Shown: positions 13,424-22,340, counted from the first letter of the stretch. The stretch is DNA of 64,000 bases from Patescibacteria group bacterium (GCA_041658705.1 JBAZZT010000004.1:30758-94757), one strand, 5' to 3'. Translations and numbers: made by a program. Notes: generated from the letters alone by a model not told the origin.

Positions 13424-13645
13424 CAGAAGGGTTTTTTATAGGCTTTTTAGCCCCCTGAAAAACCTTGTTATCCTGCTTTTTGCGTGATAGAATTAGGGGG
13501 CGAAAAAAGACCGAAAATACCAGTAATCATGCCCTGTCAGAAGTCCGATGGGGCATGGAGATTGGCCGAAGTTGTTGGATCGATTTCGGCTGACGCCTTA
13601 CCGAATAAGCTAAACCATCTATCTACCCAGACTTCTAACAGGGCT

Positions 13646-14293
13646 ATGCAAATTTTTTGGCACGGATATTCCACCATCCGCCTCGAGACCAAGAGCAGCG
13701 AAAAAGAAGCGACCGTCCTCACCGATCCGTATGAAAACGAGGCGAGTTTGCGTTTTCCGCGCGCCGTGACGCCCGACGTGCTGATCCTGTCGCACCAAGA
13801 GCGCAAGCGTTTTAATTTAGACGGCGTCGCTGGCAGCCCGTTCGTCATATCTGACCCCGGCGAGTTTGAGGTGAAGGACGTCTTCGTGCAGGGCATCCAA
13901 GATCGCAGCCTCGATTCCGGGACAGCGGCTCGCCCCGTCATCTACCGCATCTCGGCCGAAGGCATGAATTTGGGTTTTTTGGGTCAGATCAAACGCAAAC
14001 TTACGGATTACGAACTTGAGGAACTGGGCGAGGTGGACATCTTGCTCATGCCGGTGGGCGGGGGAGAGGTCATGGATTCGAAACTGGCTTCCGAAATCAT
14101 CTCGCTGGTCGAGCCGCGCATCGTCGTGCCGTTGCATTACGGCATCCCCGGGATCAAGACCAAGCTCGACGGCGTCGACGCCTTCTGCAAATCGCTCGGC
14201 GTATGCAAACGACAAGATGCGAACAAACTCAAGATCAGCAAAAAGGAATTGCCCGTCGAGGATCTGCTTGTGATGGTGCTCGAAAGAACATGA
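13646..14293 (+). CDS. MBL-fold (UPF0173-like) protein without the HxHxDH metal motif
   Basis: MQIFWHGYSTIRLE..TVLTDPY..DVLILSHQERKRF matches the layout of UPF0173 metal-dependent hydrolases, but the THGHGDH position reads SHQERKR. ATG 13646 is preferred. Confidence 0.6.
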   Translation: MQIFWHGYSTIRLETKSSEKEATVLTDPYENEASLRFPRAVTPDVLILSHQERKRFNLDGVAGSPFVISDPGEFEVKDVFVQGIQDRSLDSGTAARPVIYRISAEGMNLGFLGQIKRKLTDYELEELGEVDILLMPVGGGEVMDSKLASEIISLVEPRIVVPLHYGIPGIKTKLDGVDAFCKSLGVCKRQDANKLKISKKELPVEDLLVMVLERT

Positions 14294-14295
14294 TT

Positions 14296-14383
14296 AAAAA
14301 TTACAAATTAAAAATTATGAATTACAAATGTCGAAATCAGGATTGCTCCGGTATTACAATTTGTAATTTTTAATTTGTAATTG
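14296..14383. repeat. Word hairpin (ATTACAAAT words) ending 5 nt before a start codon
   Basis: aaaaattacaaattaaaaattatgaattacaaatg .. attacaatttgtaatttttaatttgtaattg. Same family as 42737..42809 and 49420..49491. Confidence 0.8.
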
Positions 14384-14388
14384 ACTCT

Positions 14389-14901
14389 ATGCCTCCTAAA
14401 CGCAAAACTTCGCCTCCGGCCAAACGGGCCACGCGAGCGCGACCGGCAGCGCAGGCCGTCGCGGCACCGACTCTCGCGCCGCTGCAATCCGGACGGCTCT
14501 TGTCGGGCGAGGAAAAGCACCAGCTCATCCTGGCCCACGCCGCCGCGCGCGAACCGGGCGATCCGGTGCAGGTGCTGTCTATGTGGGCGGGAGTGCTCGC
14601 GGTAGCCTTCGTCATCGCAGTCGGTTGGTGGTGGGCCATGAAGCCGATGCTGACGACGCAAGTCCAAGGCGATCTGAAACCCGCGGTCACGGAGATGACG
14701 CAGAACCTGACGCAAGGCGGTACCAACATGCTGCGCAACATGGAGACCGCTTGGGCGCCGATCAAACAAAAGCTCGAGACCTACCGGGCCCAAGCCGAGA
14801 CTGAACAAACGGCCCAGACCATCGCCGACCAGGTGAACGGGGCGCGCAACGTCTTCGCCGCGACCTCCACGGGCGCGGTCAAACCAAGTATGAAAAAATA
14901 A
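14389..14901 (+). CDS. Hypothetical membrane protein (170 aa; basic N-terminus, one TM segment)
   Basis: TM segment MWAGVLAVAFVIAVGWWWAM. No family recognised. Confidence 0.6.
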   Translation: MPPKRKTSPPAKRATRARPAAQAVAAPTLAPLQSGRLLSGEEKHQLILAHAAAREPGDPVQVLSMWAGVLAVAFVIAVGWWWAMKPMLTTQVQGDLKPAVTEMTQNLTQGGTNMLRNMETAWAPIKQKLETYRAQAETEQTAQTIADQVNGARNVFAATSTGAVKPSMKK

Positions 14902-14909
14902 AGATGAAC

Positions 14910-15000
14910 TGTCAGCCTGAGCCTGTCGAAGGACCTTTATCAGCCTAACGATTTGCTGCTAAAGGTCCTTCGACTCGCTCGAAGCTCGCTCAGGATGACA
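14910..15000. repeat. Inverted-repeat element of the TGTCATCCTGAGC..GAAGGACC family
   Basis: tgtcagcctgagcctgtcgaaggaccttta .. taaaggtccttcgactcgctcgaagctcgctcaggatgaca. Confidence 0.8.
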
Positions 15001-15010
15001 ATCTATCTTC

Positions 15011-15045
15011 CTGGCTACCCTCTACTCTCTACCCTCTACCCTCTC
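15011..15045 (+). repeat. CT-word leader (GGCTACCCTCTACTCTCTACCCTCTAC) directly upstream of gyrA
   Basis: The same roughly 30-nt word precedes yidC (44248..44276) and rbfA (22692..22720, minus strand). Confidence 0.8.
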
Positions 15046-15050
15046 TAAAT

Positions 15051-17543
15051 ATGGAAGGACAGCAACAGCCGTTGCAGTACATCGGCAACATCGAACAACA
15101 AGACATCGTGCAGGAGATGCGCAAATCTTTCCTCGATTACGCCATGAGCGTGATCGTGGATCGGGCGCTGCCTGACGTGCGCGACGGACTCAAACCCGTG
15201 CATCGTCGCATCCTGTACTCCATGTGGCAGAGCGGGCTGCGTTCCAATGCGCGTTTCAAGAAGTGCGCCACGGTGGTCGGCGACGTGCTCGGCAAATACC
15301 ATCCGCACGGCGACGTCGCAGTCTACGATTCCTTGGTGCGCATGGCGCAGGATTTTTCGTTGCGTTATCCGCTCATCCGCGGCCAAGGCAACTTCGGTTC
15401 GGTCGACGGCGATCCGGCTGCGGCCTATCGCTATACCGAATCCAAGTTGGCTGCCATCGCGGACGAGCTCATGTTCGACATCGAGAAGGAGACGGTCAAC
15501 TTCCGCCCCAACTACGACGGTTCGACCAAGGAACCGAGCGTCTTGCCGGCTAGGTTGCCCAACCTGCTTTTGAACGGCACCCTGGGCATTGCGGTCGGCA
15601 TGGCGACCAATATCCCGCCTCACAACTTGCGCGAGATCACCTCGGCCATCTGCGCTTTGATCGAAGATTCGGACATCACGGTCGAAGGCTTGATGAAGCA
15701 CATCACGGGTCCTGACTTCCCGACCGGCGGCATCATCTACGACATCAACGAGATCAAGCAGGCCTACGCCACGGGCAAAGGCGGCATCGTGATGCGCGCC
15801 CGCGCCGAGATCACCGAGGATAAAGCCAACCAGTTCCGCATCATCGTGACCGAAATCCCGTATCAGGTGAACAAGTCCACGCTCATGGAGCGCATCGCCG
15901 AGCTGGTGCTGGAGAAAAAAATCGACGGCATCAAAGGTTTGCAGGACGAGTCGAACAAAGACGGCATCCGCATCGTCATCGACCTTAAAAAAGACGCTTA
16001 TCCGCGCAAAGTCCTGAACCAGTTGTACAAACAGACCCAGCTGCAGGAGACGTTCCACGTCAACATGCTGGCGCTGGTGGACGGCGGCATGCAGCCGCGC
16101 GTGCTCACGGTCAAGAACATCCTCGAGGAATACATCAAGCATCGGCAAGAGGTGGTGCGCCGCCGCACGGAATACGATTTGACGCGGGCCAAGGAGCGCG
16201 CCCACATCCTCGAAGGTTTGCGCATCGCTTTGCTCAAGATCGACGAGGTCATCGCGACCATCAAAAAGTCCAAAGACAAGGATGAGGCCAAGATCAACCT
16301 GATCAAAAAGTTCAAGCTGTCAGAGATTCAGGCCGTGGCCATCTTGGAGATGCGGCTGCAGCAGCTGGCCAACCTGGAGCGCCTCAAGATCGAGCAGGAA
16401 TATGACGAGAAGATGGCTTTGATCAAGGAACTCGAAGCCATCCTGAAGTCGCCCAAAAAGATGTTGAGTATCATCCAGGGCGAAGTCGAGGAATTGCGCG
16501 AGAAGTACGGCGACGAACGCCGCACGCAAGTCATCAAATCGCCGGTGGGCGAATTCTCGAACGAAGATTTGATCCCCGACGAACCGACGGTGGTCATGCT
16601 CACGGCCGACGGCTACATCAAACGCATGCCCATCGACACCTTCCGCACGCAAGGCCGCGGCGGCAAAGGCGTGGCGGGCCTGACCACCAAAGAGGAAGAC
16701 CGGGTCGAGCATCTTTTTTCGACCAACACGCACGCGGACATCTTATTCTTCACTTCGCGCGGCCGCGTCTTCCAGCTCAAGGCTTACGACGTGCCGGCCG
16801 GCAGCCGCACGGCCAAAGGCCAAGCCATCGTCAACTTCCTGCAGTTGGCGCCGGGGGAGAGGGTCGCGACGGCGCTGGCCATGGGCGACATTGAAGGCTC
16901 GAAACATCTGGTCATGGTGACGCAGCAAGGCACGATCAAAAAGACTTCGCTCGAAGAGTTCGAGAACGTGCGCCGCTCCGGCCTGATCGCCATCAACCTG
17001 CGCGACGGCGACGACCTCAAGTGGGTCAAGCCGTCATCCGGCGCGGACGAGATCGTGCTCGTGACCAAAAACGGCCAAGCCATCCGTTTCAAAGAGACCG
17101 ACGTGCGGGCTATGGGACGCAACGCGTCCGGCGTGCGCGGCGTCAACCTGAAGAAAAACGATTTGGTGGTGGGCATGGACGTGGTCATCCCGTCGCTCGT
17201 GAAAAAAGGCCATCTGGACCTCTTCACCATCGCGGAGAACGGTTTGGGCAAGCGCACCAACTTGTCGGAATACAAAGTGCAGAAGCGCGGCGGCTCGGGT
17301 ATCCGCACCATGAAAGTGACGGCCAAGACCGGCGGCGTGATCGGCGCTTACGTCTCGTCCAAAGACGAGGAGCGCGACATCATGCTCATGTCGAAAAAAG
17401 GCATCGTCATCCGCGTGCCCTTCAAGACCGTGCCCATCCTCGGCCGCGACACCCAAGGCGTGCGCATCATGCGCTTCAAGGAAGACGGCGACCTGGTCTC
17501 AAGCGTGACCTTCATCGGCGCCGACGGCAAGAGCGCGGAATAA
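15051..17543 (+). CDS. gyrA: DNA gyrase subunit A
   Basis: 830 aa. GKYHPHGD, active-site region [11 protein letters not shown], and C-terminal beta-pinwheel repeats. Confidence 0.97.
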   Translation: MEGQQQPLQYIGNIEQQDIVQEMRKSFLDYAMSVIVDRALPDVRDGLKPVHRRILYSMWQSGLRSNARFKKCATVVGDVLGKYHPHGDVAVYDSLVRMAQDFSLRYPLIRGQGNFGSVDGDPAAAYRYTESKLAAIADELMFDIEKETVNFRPNYDGSTKEPSVLPARLPNLLLNGTLGIAVGMATNIPPHNLREITSAICALIEDSDITVEGLMKHITGPDFPTGGIIYDINEIKQAYATGKGGIVMRARAEITEDKANQFRIIVTEIPYQVNKSTLMERIAELVLEKKIDGIKGLQDESNKDGIRIVIDLKKDAYPRKVLNQLYKQTQLQETFHVNMLALVDGGMQPRVLTVKNILEEYIKHRQEVVRRRTEYDLTRAKERAHILEGLRIALLKIDEVIATIKKSKDKDEAKINLIKKFKLSEIQAVAILEMRLQQLANLERLKIEQEYDEKMALIKELEAILKSPKKMLSIIQGEVEELREKYGDERRTQVIKSPVGEFSNEDLIPDEPTVVMLTADGYIKRMPIDTFRTQGRGGKGVAGLTTKEEDRVEHLFSTNTHADILFFTSRGRVFQLKAYDVPAGSRTAKGQAIVNFLQLAPGERVATALAMGDIEGSKHLVMVTQQGTIKKTSLEEFENVRRSGLIAINLRDGDDLKWVKPSSGADEIVLVTKNGQAIRFKETDVRAMGRNASGVRGVNLKKNDLVVGMDVVIPSLVKKGHLDLFTIAENGLGKRTNLSEYKVQKRGGSGIRTMKVTAKTGGVIGAYVSSKDEERDIMLMSKKGIVIRVPFKTVPILGRDTQGVRIMRFKEDGDLVSSVTFIGADGKSAE

Positions 17544-17547
17544 AAAT

Positions 17548-17670
17548 ATGAGCAAATCGATAAAAATACTGCTGTTGATATCGATTCTGATCATACTTGC
17601 CGTCACCGGATTCATCTTAAGCGGAACACTCTCGATAGGGGAGTTGATGAAGTCGACGCCGCCAAGATAA
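17548..17670 (+). CDS. Possible 40-aa single-TM micro-protein (below the ORF-track cut-off)
   Basis: MSKSIKILLLISILIILAVTGFILSGTLSIGELMKSTPPR. Starts 2 nt after the gyrA stop and is followed by a terminator. Confidence 0.35.
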   Translation: MSKSIKILLLISILIILAVTGFILSGTLSIGELMKSTPPR

Positions 17671-17675
17671 TTAAA

Positions 17676-17705
17676 AACCATCCGCTCGTCGCGGATGGTT
17701 TTTGA
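17676..17705 (+). terminator. Rho-independent terminator (gyrA / micro-ORF)
   Basis: aaccatccgc tcgtc gcggatggtt followed by tttg. Confidence 0.7.
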
Positions 17706-17729
17706 TGACTGGCGACGAGTGCCTATGCT

Positions 17730-17843
17730 GATAAAGGTCCTTCGGCTGCGCTGCTGCTCCGCTCAGGATGACAATCCTGTCCAGGATGACATTTTTTCTA
17801 CAGCTCTCTTCACTGTCATCCTGAGCCTGTCGAAGGACCTTTT
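17730..17843. repeat. TGTCATCCTGAGC..GAAGGACC family copies
   Basis: gataaaggtccttcggctgcg..ccgctcaggatgacaa .. ctgtcatcctgagcctgtcgaaggacctttt. Confidence 0.8.
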
Positions 17844-17866
17844 GCAGCGACCGATTGTCTTTTGGG

Positions 17867-18484
17867 TTACTTCAGGGTGAAAATCTTATCAATCAAACCG
17901 TAGGCCAGGGCTTGCGTCGGATCCATGAAATTGTCGCGGTCCGTGTCGTTCTCGATTTTTTTGAAGGCTTGGCCGGTGTGTTTGGCCAAGAGTTTGTTGA
18001 TTTGGTCTTTGACCTTGAGGATGCGTTCGGCGCGGATTTTGATGTCCGTGGCTTGGCCCTCGATACCGCCCAAAGGCTGGTGGATCATGATTTCGGAGTT
18101 GGGCAAAGCGAAACGCTTGCCTTTGGCGCCGCCCGCGAGCAAGACCGCGGCCATGGAGGCGGACATGCCGATGCAGATGGTCGAGACATCGCACGCCACG
18201 TGCTGCATGGTGTCGTAGACCGCGAGGCCGGCCGTCACGCTGCCGCCCGGGGAGTTGATGTAAAGTTTGATGTCCTTGGTCTTGTCCTGGCTCTCGAGGA
18301 AGAGCATCTGCGCGATGATGATGTTGGCCGTGTCGTCGTCGATGGGCGAGCCGAGCATCACGATGCGGTCCTTCAACAGACGCGAGTAGATGTCATACGC
18401 GCGTTCGCCGTAGGTGGATTTTTCGATCACGGTCGGCACCAGCCAGGAACTGTTGAGGTGGGAGTTGAGGGAATAGGGATTCAT
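17867..18484 (-). CDS. clpP: ATP-dependent Clp protease proteolytic subunit
   Basis: 205 aa. Catalytic Ser context [11 protein letters not shown], His context MIHQP, and Asp context DTDRDNFM. Confidence 0.96.
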   Translation of the reverse strand: MNPYSLNSHLNSSWLVPTVIEKSTYGERAYDIYSRLLKDRIVMLGSPIDDDTANIIIAQMLFLESQDKTKDIKLYINSPGGSVTAGLAVYDTMQHVACDVSTICIGMSASMAAVLLAGGAKGKRFALPNSEIMIHQPLGGIEGQATDIKIRAERILKVKDQINKLLAKHTGQAFKKIENDTDRDNFMDPTQALAYGLIDKIFTLK

Positions 18485-18568
18485 AGGAGATGGTCGTTAG
18501 TCAGTTAAAAAGAAGTTGTCATTGCGAGCGCATATACCAAATGCGCGTGGCAATCTCTGATGGTTTTC

Positions 18569-18597
18569 AATATATCTCATATCCTTTTAGCAGTCAA
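18569..18597 (-). promoter_or_regulatory. clpP promoter (TTGACT, 17-nt spacer, TATATT)
   Basis: Minus strand reads ttgact gctaaaaggatatgaga tatatt. The -35 box lies inside the CIRCE operator. Confidence 0.6.
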
Positions 18598-18613
18598 AAG
18601 CAGCGAGTGCTAA
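18587..18613. promoter_or_regulatory. CIRCE-type inverted repeat (HrcA operator) upstream of clpP
   Basis: ttagcagtc-aaaagcagc-gagtgctaa versus consensus TTAGCACTC-N9-GAGTGCTAA (17/18 arm positions). Confidence 0.75.
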
Positions 18614-18775
18614 GGTCATGGAACACGGAACATGGAGCACGGAACATCTTTAAATAGCGGAAAAATGCAGGATGCGAGCGTTGACAATAGGCTCGAATCA
18701 TGCCATATTCGGCGTAGCTCTTTCGCAACACCATAGGGCGCGAACCGGTCGCATGGGGCGATTGGGTAGTGCGAG

Positions 18776-19594
18776 ATGGTTAGCGTGGAGGATACGAGAA
18801 TGACCATCCAAGGCAAACTCAAGCAGATCAAAGAACGAGCGGCAGCTGGCCAAATCCTGGAAATGGATTTGGACCAGTTCATCGCGAATCCGCTCCTCTG
18901 GCGCAAGGCCGCTCTGTCGGCCTGTGCCATCGCTCCCGAGGACGCCCAGGCTTTCTGGCGAGGCGTGTACGACGAGTTGGGCATGAATGTGGCAGTGTCG
19001 ACCATGTCCGCGCTCACCGACAAGCAGATCAAGTCGCTGGACAAGTTCAACTTCTTGCCCGTGTACATCCCGAGCATCTCCGAGGACAGATACCCCGAAG
19101 GTTTCATCAAGCCAGCCTGGGGCAAGTACCTCGATATCTCGGAGATCAAGCGCAAGCCGCTTGGAGGGTTCTGGGTCGCGATCGAAACAATCGCTAAGCC
19201 CGATTGGAATGATCCCGCAGGCTATGCCGAAGATCGCCTGATGGCGGCAGTGAAACGCAGCTCGCGCTTCGATACGAGCCACGACGACCTGGAACAAGGT
19301 CTGCTCAAGGCGATCGCCAAGGCCACAGGCTTCCCTAAGAAGGGAACGCGCCTGCCCACGGCTGAAGAGTGGAACTTCATCGCCAACCTGTTCAACTGGT
19401 TGCGCAAACATCGCGGCATGCGCTTGCCCGACCTCGGCGCCAAGGACTCCTGGGAATGGTGCGAAAACGCTTGCGGTTCGGGCAACTTCATCATCGTCGG
19501 TGACCGTGAGATCGGCGGGTTGGCTGGCGTGCGCAAGTACGGGCGCGGCGACCGCAGCGGCGATGTCGGCTTCCGCGTCCTGGCAGTTTTGTGA
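18776..19594 (+). CDS. FGE-sulfatase/SUMF1-like (C-type-lectin fold) domain protein
   Basis: C-terminus RLPTAEEWNF..DSWEWCEN..GDVGFRVLAVL has the RLPTxxEW / WEWC / GFRV hallmarks. Its tail loosely parallels the VR region of the three paralogs. Confidence 0.7.
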   Translation: MVSVEDTRMTIQGKLKQIKERAAAGQILEMDLDQFIANPLLWRKAALSACAIAPEDAQAFWRGVYDELGMNVAVSTMSALTDKQIKSLDKFNFLPVYIPSISEDRYPEGFIKPAWGKYLDISEIKRKPLGGFWVAIETIAKPDWNDPAGYAEDRLMAAVKRSSRFDTSHDDLEQGLLKAIAKATGFPKKGTRLPTAEEWNFIANLFNWLRKHRGMRLPDLGAKDSWEWCENACGSGNFIIVGDREIGGLAGVRKYGRGDRSGDVGFRVLAVL

Positions 19595-19630
19595 CTCTGT
19601 CCCTCTGCCCTTTGACGCTCTGAACGTCAA

Positions 19631-19670
19631 ACGTCCCGTTACCCCAACTTGGGTGCGGGACGTTTTTTGT
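19631..19670 (+). terminator. Rho-independent terminator of 18776..19594
   Basis: acgtcccg .. cgggacgt followed by tttttgtt. Confidence 0.7.
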
Positions 19671-19674
19671 TACC

Positions 19675-19706
19675 AAGAAAAAAACAAACCCGGATAGGGT
19701 CCGGGC
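19675..19706 (-). terminator. Rho-independent terminator of the Nudix gene
   Basis: Minus strand: cccgga cccta tccggg followed by tttgttttttt. Confidence 0.6.
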
Positions 19707-19742
19707 AGAGCCTTGCACCAGACGGTGCAGGGCGGAGTGCCA

Positions 19743-20198
19743 TCAAGCGCAGCGGCGCAGCGCTTCTTGGGCGTAGTAGCGCACCAGCGGCAGCAAGTTG
19801 AGGGCGGGGTCGTCGAGGTCGTTGGTTTTGAACCAACGGATGTCGTCGTGCTCGCGTTCCGCCAAAACGACTTGGTCGGTGGCGGCGCGGGCTAGATAGA
19901 CCAGCCCGATATGCTGGTGCGTCGACGTGATGTTATGGATGTCCATGAAGACCGGCGGGATGAGGCTGCGGCCGTTGGGCGTGGGTACAGAGGGCCGCGA
20001 ACCCAAGAGTTCGATCTCGAGTCCGCTCTCTTCCCGCACTTCGCGCAAGATCGCGCTCTCCGGGTCTTCGTCGAGTTCGACATGGCCGCCCACGGGCAAC
20101 CAAATGCCCAAAGCTTTGTGCTTGATGAGCAGGACTTTGCCCGCGTGGACGATGTAGGCGACGACGGCGAAATCTATCTTTTCATGAATGTGCGGCAT
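19743..20198 (-). CDS. Nudix hydrolase
   Basis: Nudix box GGHVELDEDPESAILREVREESGLE. Confidence 0.9.
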   Translation of the reverse strand: MPHIHEKIDFAVVAYIVHAGKVLLIKHKALGIWLPVGGHVELDEDPESAILREVREESGLEIELLGSRPSVPTPNGRSLIPPVFMDIHNITSTHQHIGLVYLARAATDQVVLAEREHDDIRWFKTNDLDDPALNLLPLVRYYAQEALRRCA

Positions 20199-20207
20199 GG
20201 ACTGACC

Positions 20208-21227
20208 TTAATCTTCCTTTCTAGCCGCGTCAACGATGCGCGGGCCTGCGGGCGTTTCTTCGATCCTGCCTGGGACGGTGAATCCGGCGGCTTTGCGATG
20301 TCCGCCGCCGCCCATGAGTTTAGCCAGCTTGGACACGTCGCGGCGGATGCTGCGGAACGAACCTTTGATGAATCCTCCGGGCAATTCGCGCAGCACCATG
20401 ATGGTATCGCTGTCACCGACCACGGAGTTCAAAAAATTCGCCGCGCCGTCGATCGCCTCGGGCGTCACGTCCGAAGAATCCGCTTCCAAGATATACGTCG
20501 AGACCACGTCCAATTCTGTGTTGTGGCGCAGGCGCGAGAGCATGACGCCCCAAATGCGCAGCATGTCGATGGATTTATTATGCAGCATGTGGTGCAGGAT
20601 CTCGCCGTTGTGCGCGCCGGCCGACAACATGTGCGAAGCCGCGGCGATGGTCTCGGAGCGCGTGCTGGCGTTGGAAAAATTACTGGTATCAAAATAGATG
20701 CCAGTCAAGAGGGCGGTTGCGATCTTGGGATCAAGCGCGATGTTGTTATGCGCAAAAAAACGGTGCATGATCTCGCTCGTCGAACTGGCTTCCGGCAGCA
20801 CGATGTTCATGTGTCCGTAGCGTTCGTTCGTGGCGTGATGATCGATGTTCACCAGGAGATATCCGGCGGGCAAACGGGGCACGTGGTCTTGCACGCCGCA
20901 ATAACGCAGGTCGCCGGAATCGAAGATCATGACCACGTCATAGGTCGCATCGAAAACAGCCGGGTCGTCGGTATAAAGATGCACGCAATCCAGGAAAGCC
21001 AGCGACGGCGCGGGTTTGTCGGCACAGAACGCCGTGACTTGTTTGCCTTGTCCGGCGAGCCACATGAGCATGGCCGAGCTCGCGCCCAAAGTGTCGCCGT
21101 CCGGTTTTTTATGCGCCACCAAAAGCACGCGTCCGGCGCGCCGGAGTTCTTCGTGCAACCTGCCGTAGAGATGGCTCGTGGTATCCATGGCGATACAGGA
21201 GCTTAGCATTTGGATGCGAGCAGTCAA
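20208..21227 (-). CDS. DHH/DHHA1 phosphoesterase (NrnA-like oligoribonuclease / pAp phosphatase)
   Basis: HKKPDGDTLGAS, NIDHHATN and GGGGHRKAAG motifs. The start may instead be ATG at 21188. Confidence 0.88.
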   Translation of the reverse strand: MTARIQMLSSCIAMDTTSHLYGRLHEELRRAGRVLLVAHKKPDGDTLGASSAMLMWLAGQGKQVTAFCADKPAPSLAFLDCVHLYTDDPAVFDATYDVVMIFDSGDLRYCGVQDHVPRLPAGYLLVNIDHHATNERYGHMNIVLPEASSTSEIMHRFFAHNNIALDPKIATALLTGIYFDTSNFSNASTRSETIAAASHMLSAGAHNGEILHHMLHNKSIDMLRIWGVMLSRLRHNTELDVVSTYILEADSSDVTPEAIDGAANFLNSVVGDSDTIMVLRELPGGFIKGSFRSIRRDVSKLAKLMGGGGHRKAAGFTVPGRIEETPAGPRIVDAARKED

Positions 21228-21240
21228 GGATCGACTATTT

Positions 21241-21362
21241 TGTCGTCCTGAGCTTGTCGAAGGATCTTTTTAAGTGTCTCGTCTGAATCAGTCAACGGTT
21301 GATAAAGGTCCTTCGACTGCGCTACGGCTCGTCAGACGAGCCTGCGCTCCGCTCAGGATGAA
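21241..21362. repeat. TGTCATCCTGAGC..GAAGGACC family inverted-repeat element
   Basis: tgtcgtcctgagcttgtcgaaggatc .. gataaaggtccttcgactgcg .. ccgctcaggatgaac. Confidence 0.8.
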
Positions 21363-21369
21363 CAAATCT

Positions 21370-21408
21370 TAAAAAATACCGCCGTCAACGTGTGAAGTTA
21401 GACGGCGG
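21370..21408 (-). terminator. Rho-independent terminator of 21414..21980
   Basis: Minus strand: ccgccgtc .. gacggcgg followed by tatttttt. Confidence 0.6.
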
Positions 21409-21413
21409 ATGAG

Positions 21414-21980
21414 TCATGAGGCGGCTTGCCTCTTGGGTTTAGCGGAATCGTCGGCTGCGCTCGATTCATCGACCAGTTCGGAGACCTGTAGGTATTCCTT
21501 GACGCGCTTGGCGCCTTCGGGAGCAGGTTTCGAATTCAGGTAGCGCTTGAGGTTGTCCTGATCCAAGCTGGTGTCCAGACCAGTCCGATAACCGATTTGG
21601 CCCAGCAGGATCTCCACGATTTCGCTTCCCAAGCGGCGCTTTTTCTCGCCGCGCTGCCAGCGCTTGGCCCTTTTTATCAAGTACTTCGTGAGGCCGCAGG
21701 CCACGTGCCCCCAGAAGAAGGTAATCACGGACAAGAACATGAGTAAGACGGAGGCAATCAAGAGGCTGCCCGCGATGCCCACGTCTCGATAGCTGGCTGC
21801 TTTGAGAGCCGGTTTTAGAGGGCGTTTGTCCAACCAGTGATCCGTGACCAGGAAGCCGACCGTGATACAAAGGTTGGCTATCACCCACGAGACTTCGCTC
21901 TTGAGCCAGTAGGCTAGAACGAACAGACCGAGGTGCGTCAGGAAACGAATGAACATCCAGAGCAGACCGTTCTTCGGCAT
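21414..21980 (-). CDS. Hypothetical multi-pass membrane protein (188 aa)
   Basis: Start moved to ATG 21980 (GGAG 7 nt upstream). The longer ORF to 22274 runs through the repeat island. Confidence 0.6.
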   Translation of the reverse strand: MPKNGLLWMFIRFLTHLGLFVLAYWLKSEVSWVIANLCITVGFLVTDHWLDKRPLKPALKAASYRDVGIAGSLLIASVLLMFLSVITFFWGHVACGLTKYLIKRAKRWQRGEKKRRLGSEIVEILLGQIGYRTGLDTSLDQDNLKRYLNSKPAPEGAKRVKEYLQVSELVDESSAADDSAKPKRQAAS

Positions 21981-22063
21981 GCCGATCTCCTTATGAAAGG
22001 ACTGGCCATTAAAACAAAAAAATGGATAACAGTCAAGCCATCCTGGTGACACATCACACCGAC

Positions 22064-22315
22064 TCCCTGTCATCCCAAGGAAGATTTTTATTCTCTGGAT
22101 TACCTGGCCGCGCCACGTCCAACGTGGTTGAACCGGGTAATGACAGAAGAAAGATGCGTCATCCCGTAACCCTCTTCTGTCATCCCGGCCAAGCAGCAGC
22201 GCGAGCCGGGATCTCTGAAATCGGAGATCCCGCATCAAGTGCGGGATGACAAGGGGCGGGGTGCGGGATGACAAGGGGGGCCGTGCGGGATGACAATAAA
22301 AGCAGGCGGGATGCC
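22064..22315. repeat. Second palindrome island (GTCATCCCG..CGGGATGAC words)
   Basis: Shares the words attacc(c/t)gg..ccgggtaatgacag and atcccgcatcaagtgcgggatgac with 12894..13440. Confidence 0.85.
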
Positions 22316-22340
22316 ATAAAACTAACCGACCGCCGACTTT

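Larger units (their letters stand above)
12894..13440. repeat. Non-coding island packed with unrelated short palindromes (GTCATCCCGC..GCGGGATGAC type and others)
   Basis: At least 8 distinct hairpins, e.g. cattcccgcgaaagcgggaat, atcccggctcaaggccgggat, attacccggttgaaccgggtaat, atcccgcacttgatgcgggat. Several words recur at 22064..22315. Confidence 0.85.

Noticed and set aside
12894-13440. Possible CRISPR array in the repeat-dense islands (also 22064..22315).
   Set aside because: The repeat units are heterogeneous palindromes of different sequence and length, with no constant repeat or unique-spacer periodicity. No cas genes are present in the window.
21981-22274. N-terminal extensions of several ORFs: 21414..22274, 44768..45463, 54179..55333, 13484..14293, 25757..27658, 9167..9712 and 58573..59337.
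   Set aside because: The extensions run through repeat elements or neighbouring genes. In each case an internal ATG coincides with the conserved family N-terminus, a signal peptide or an RBS.
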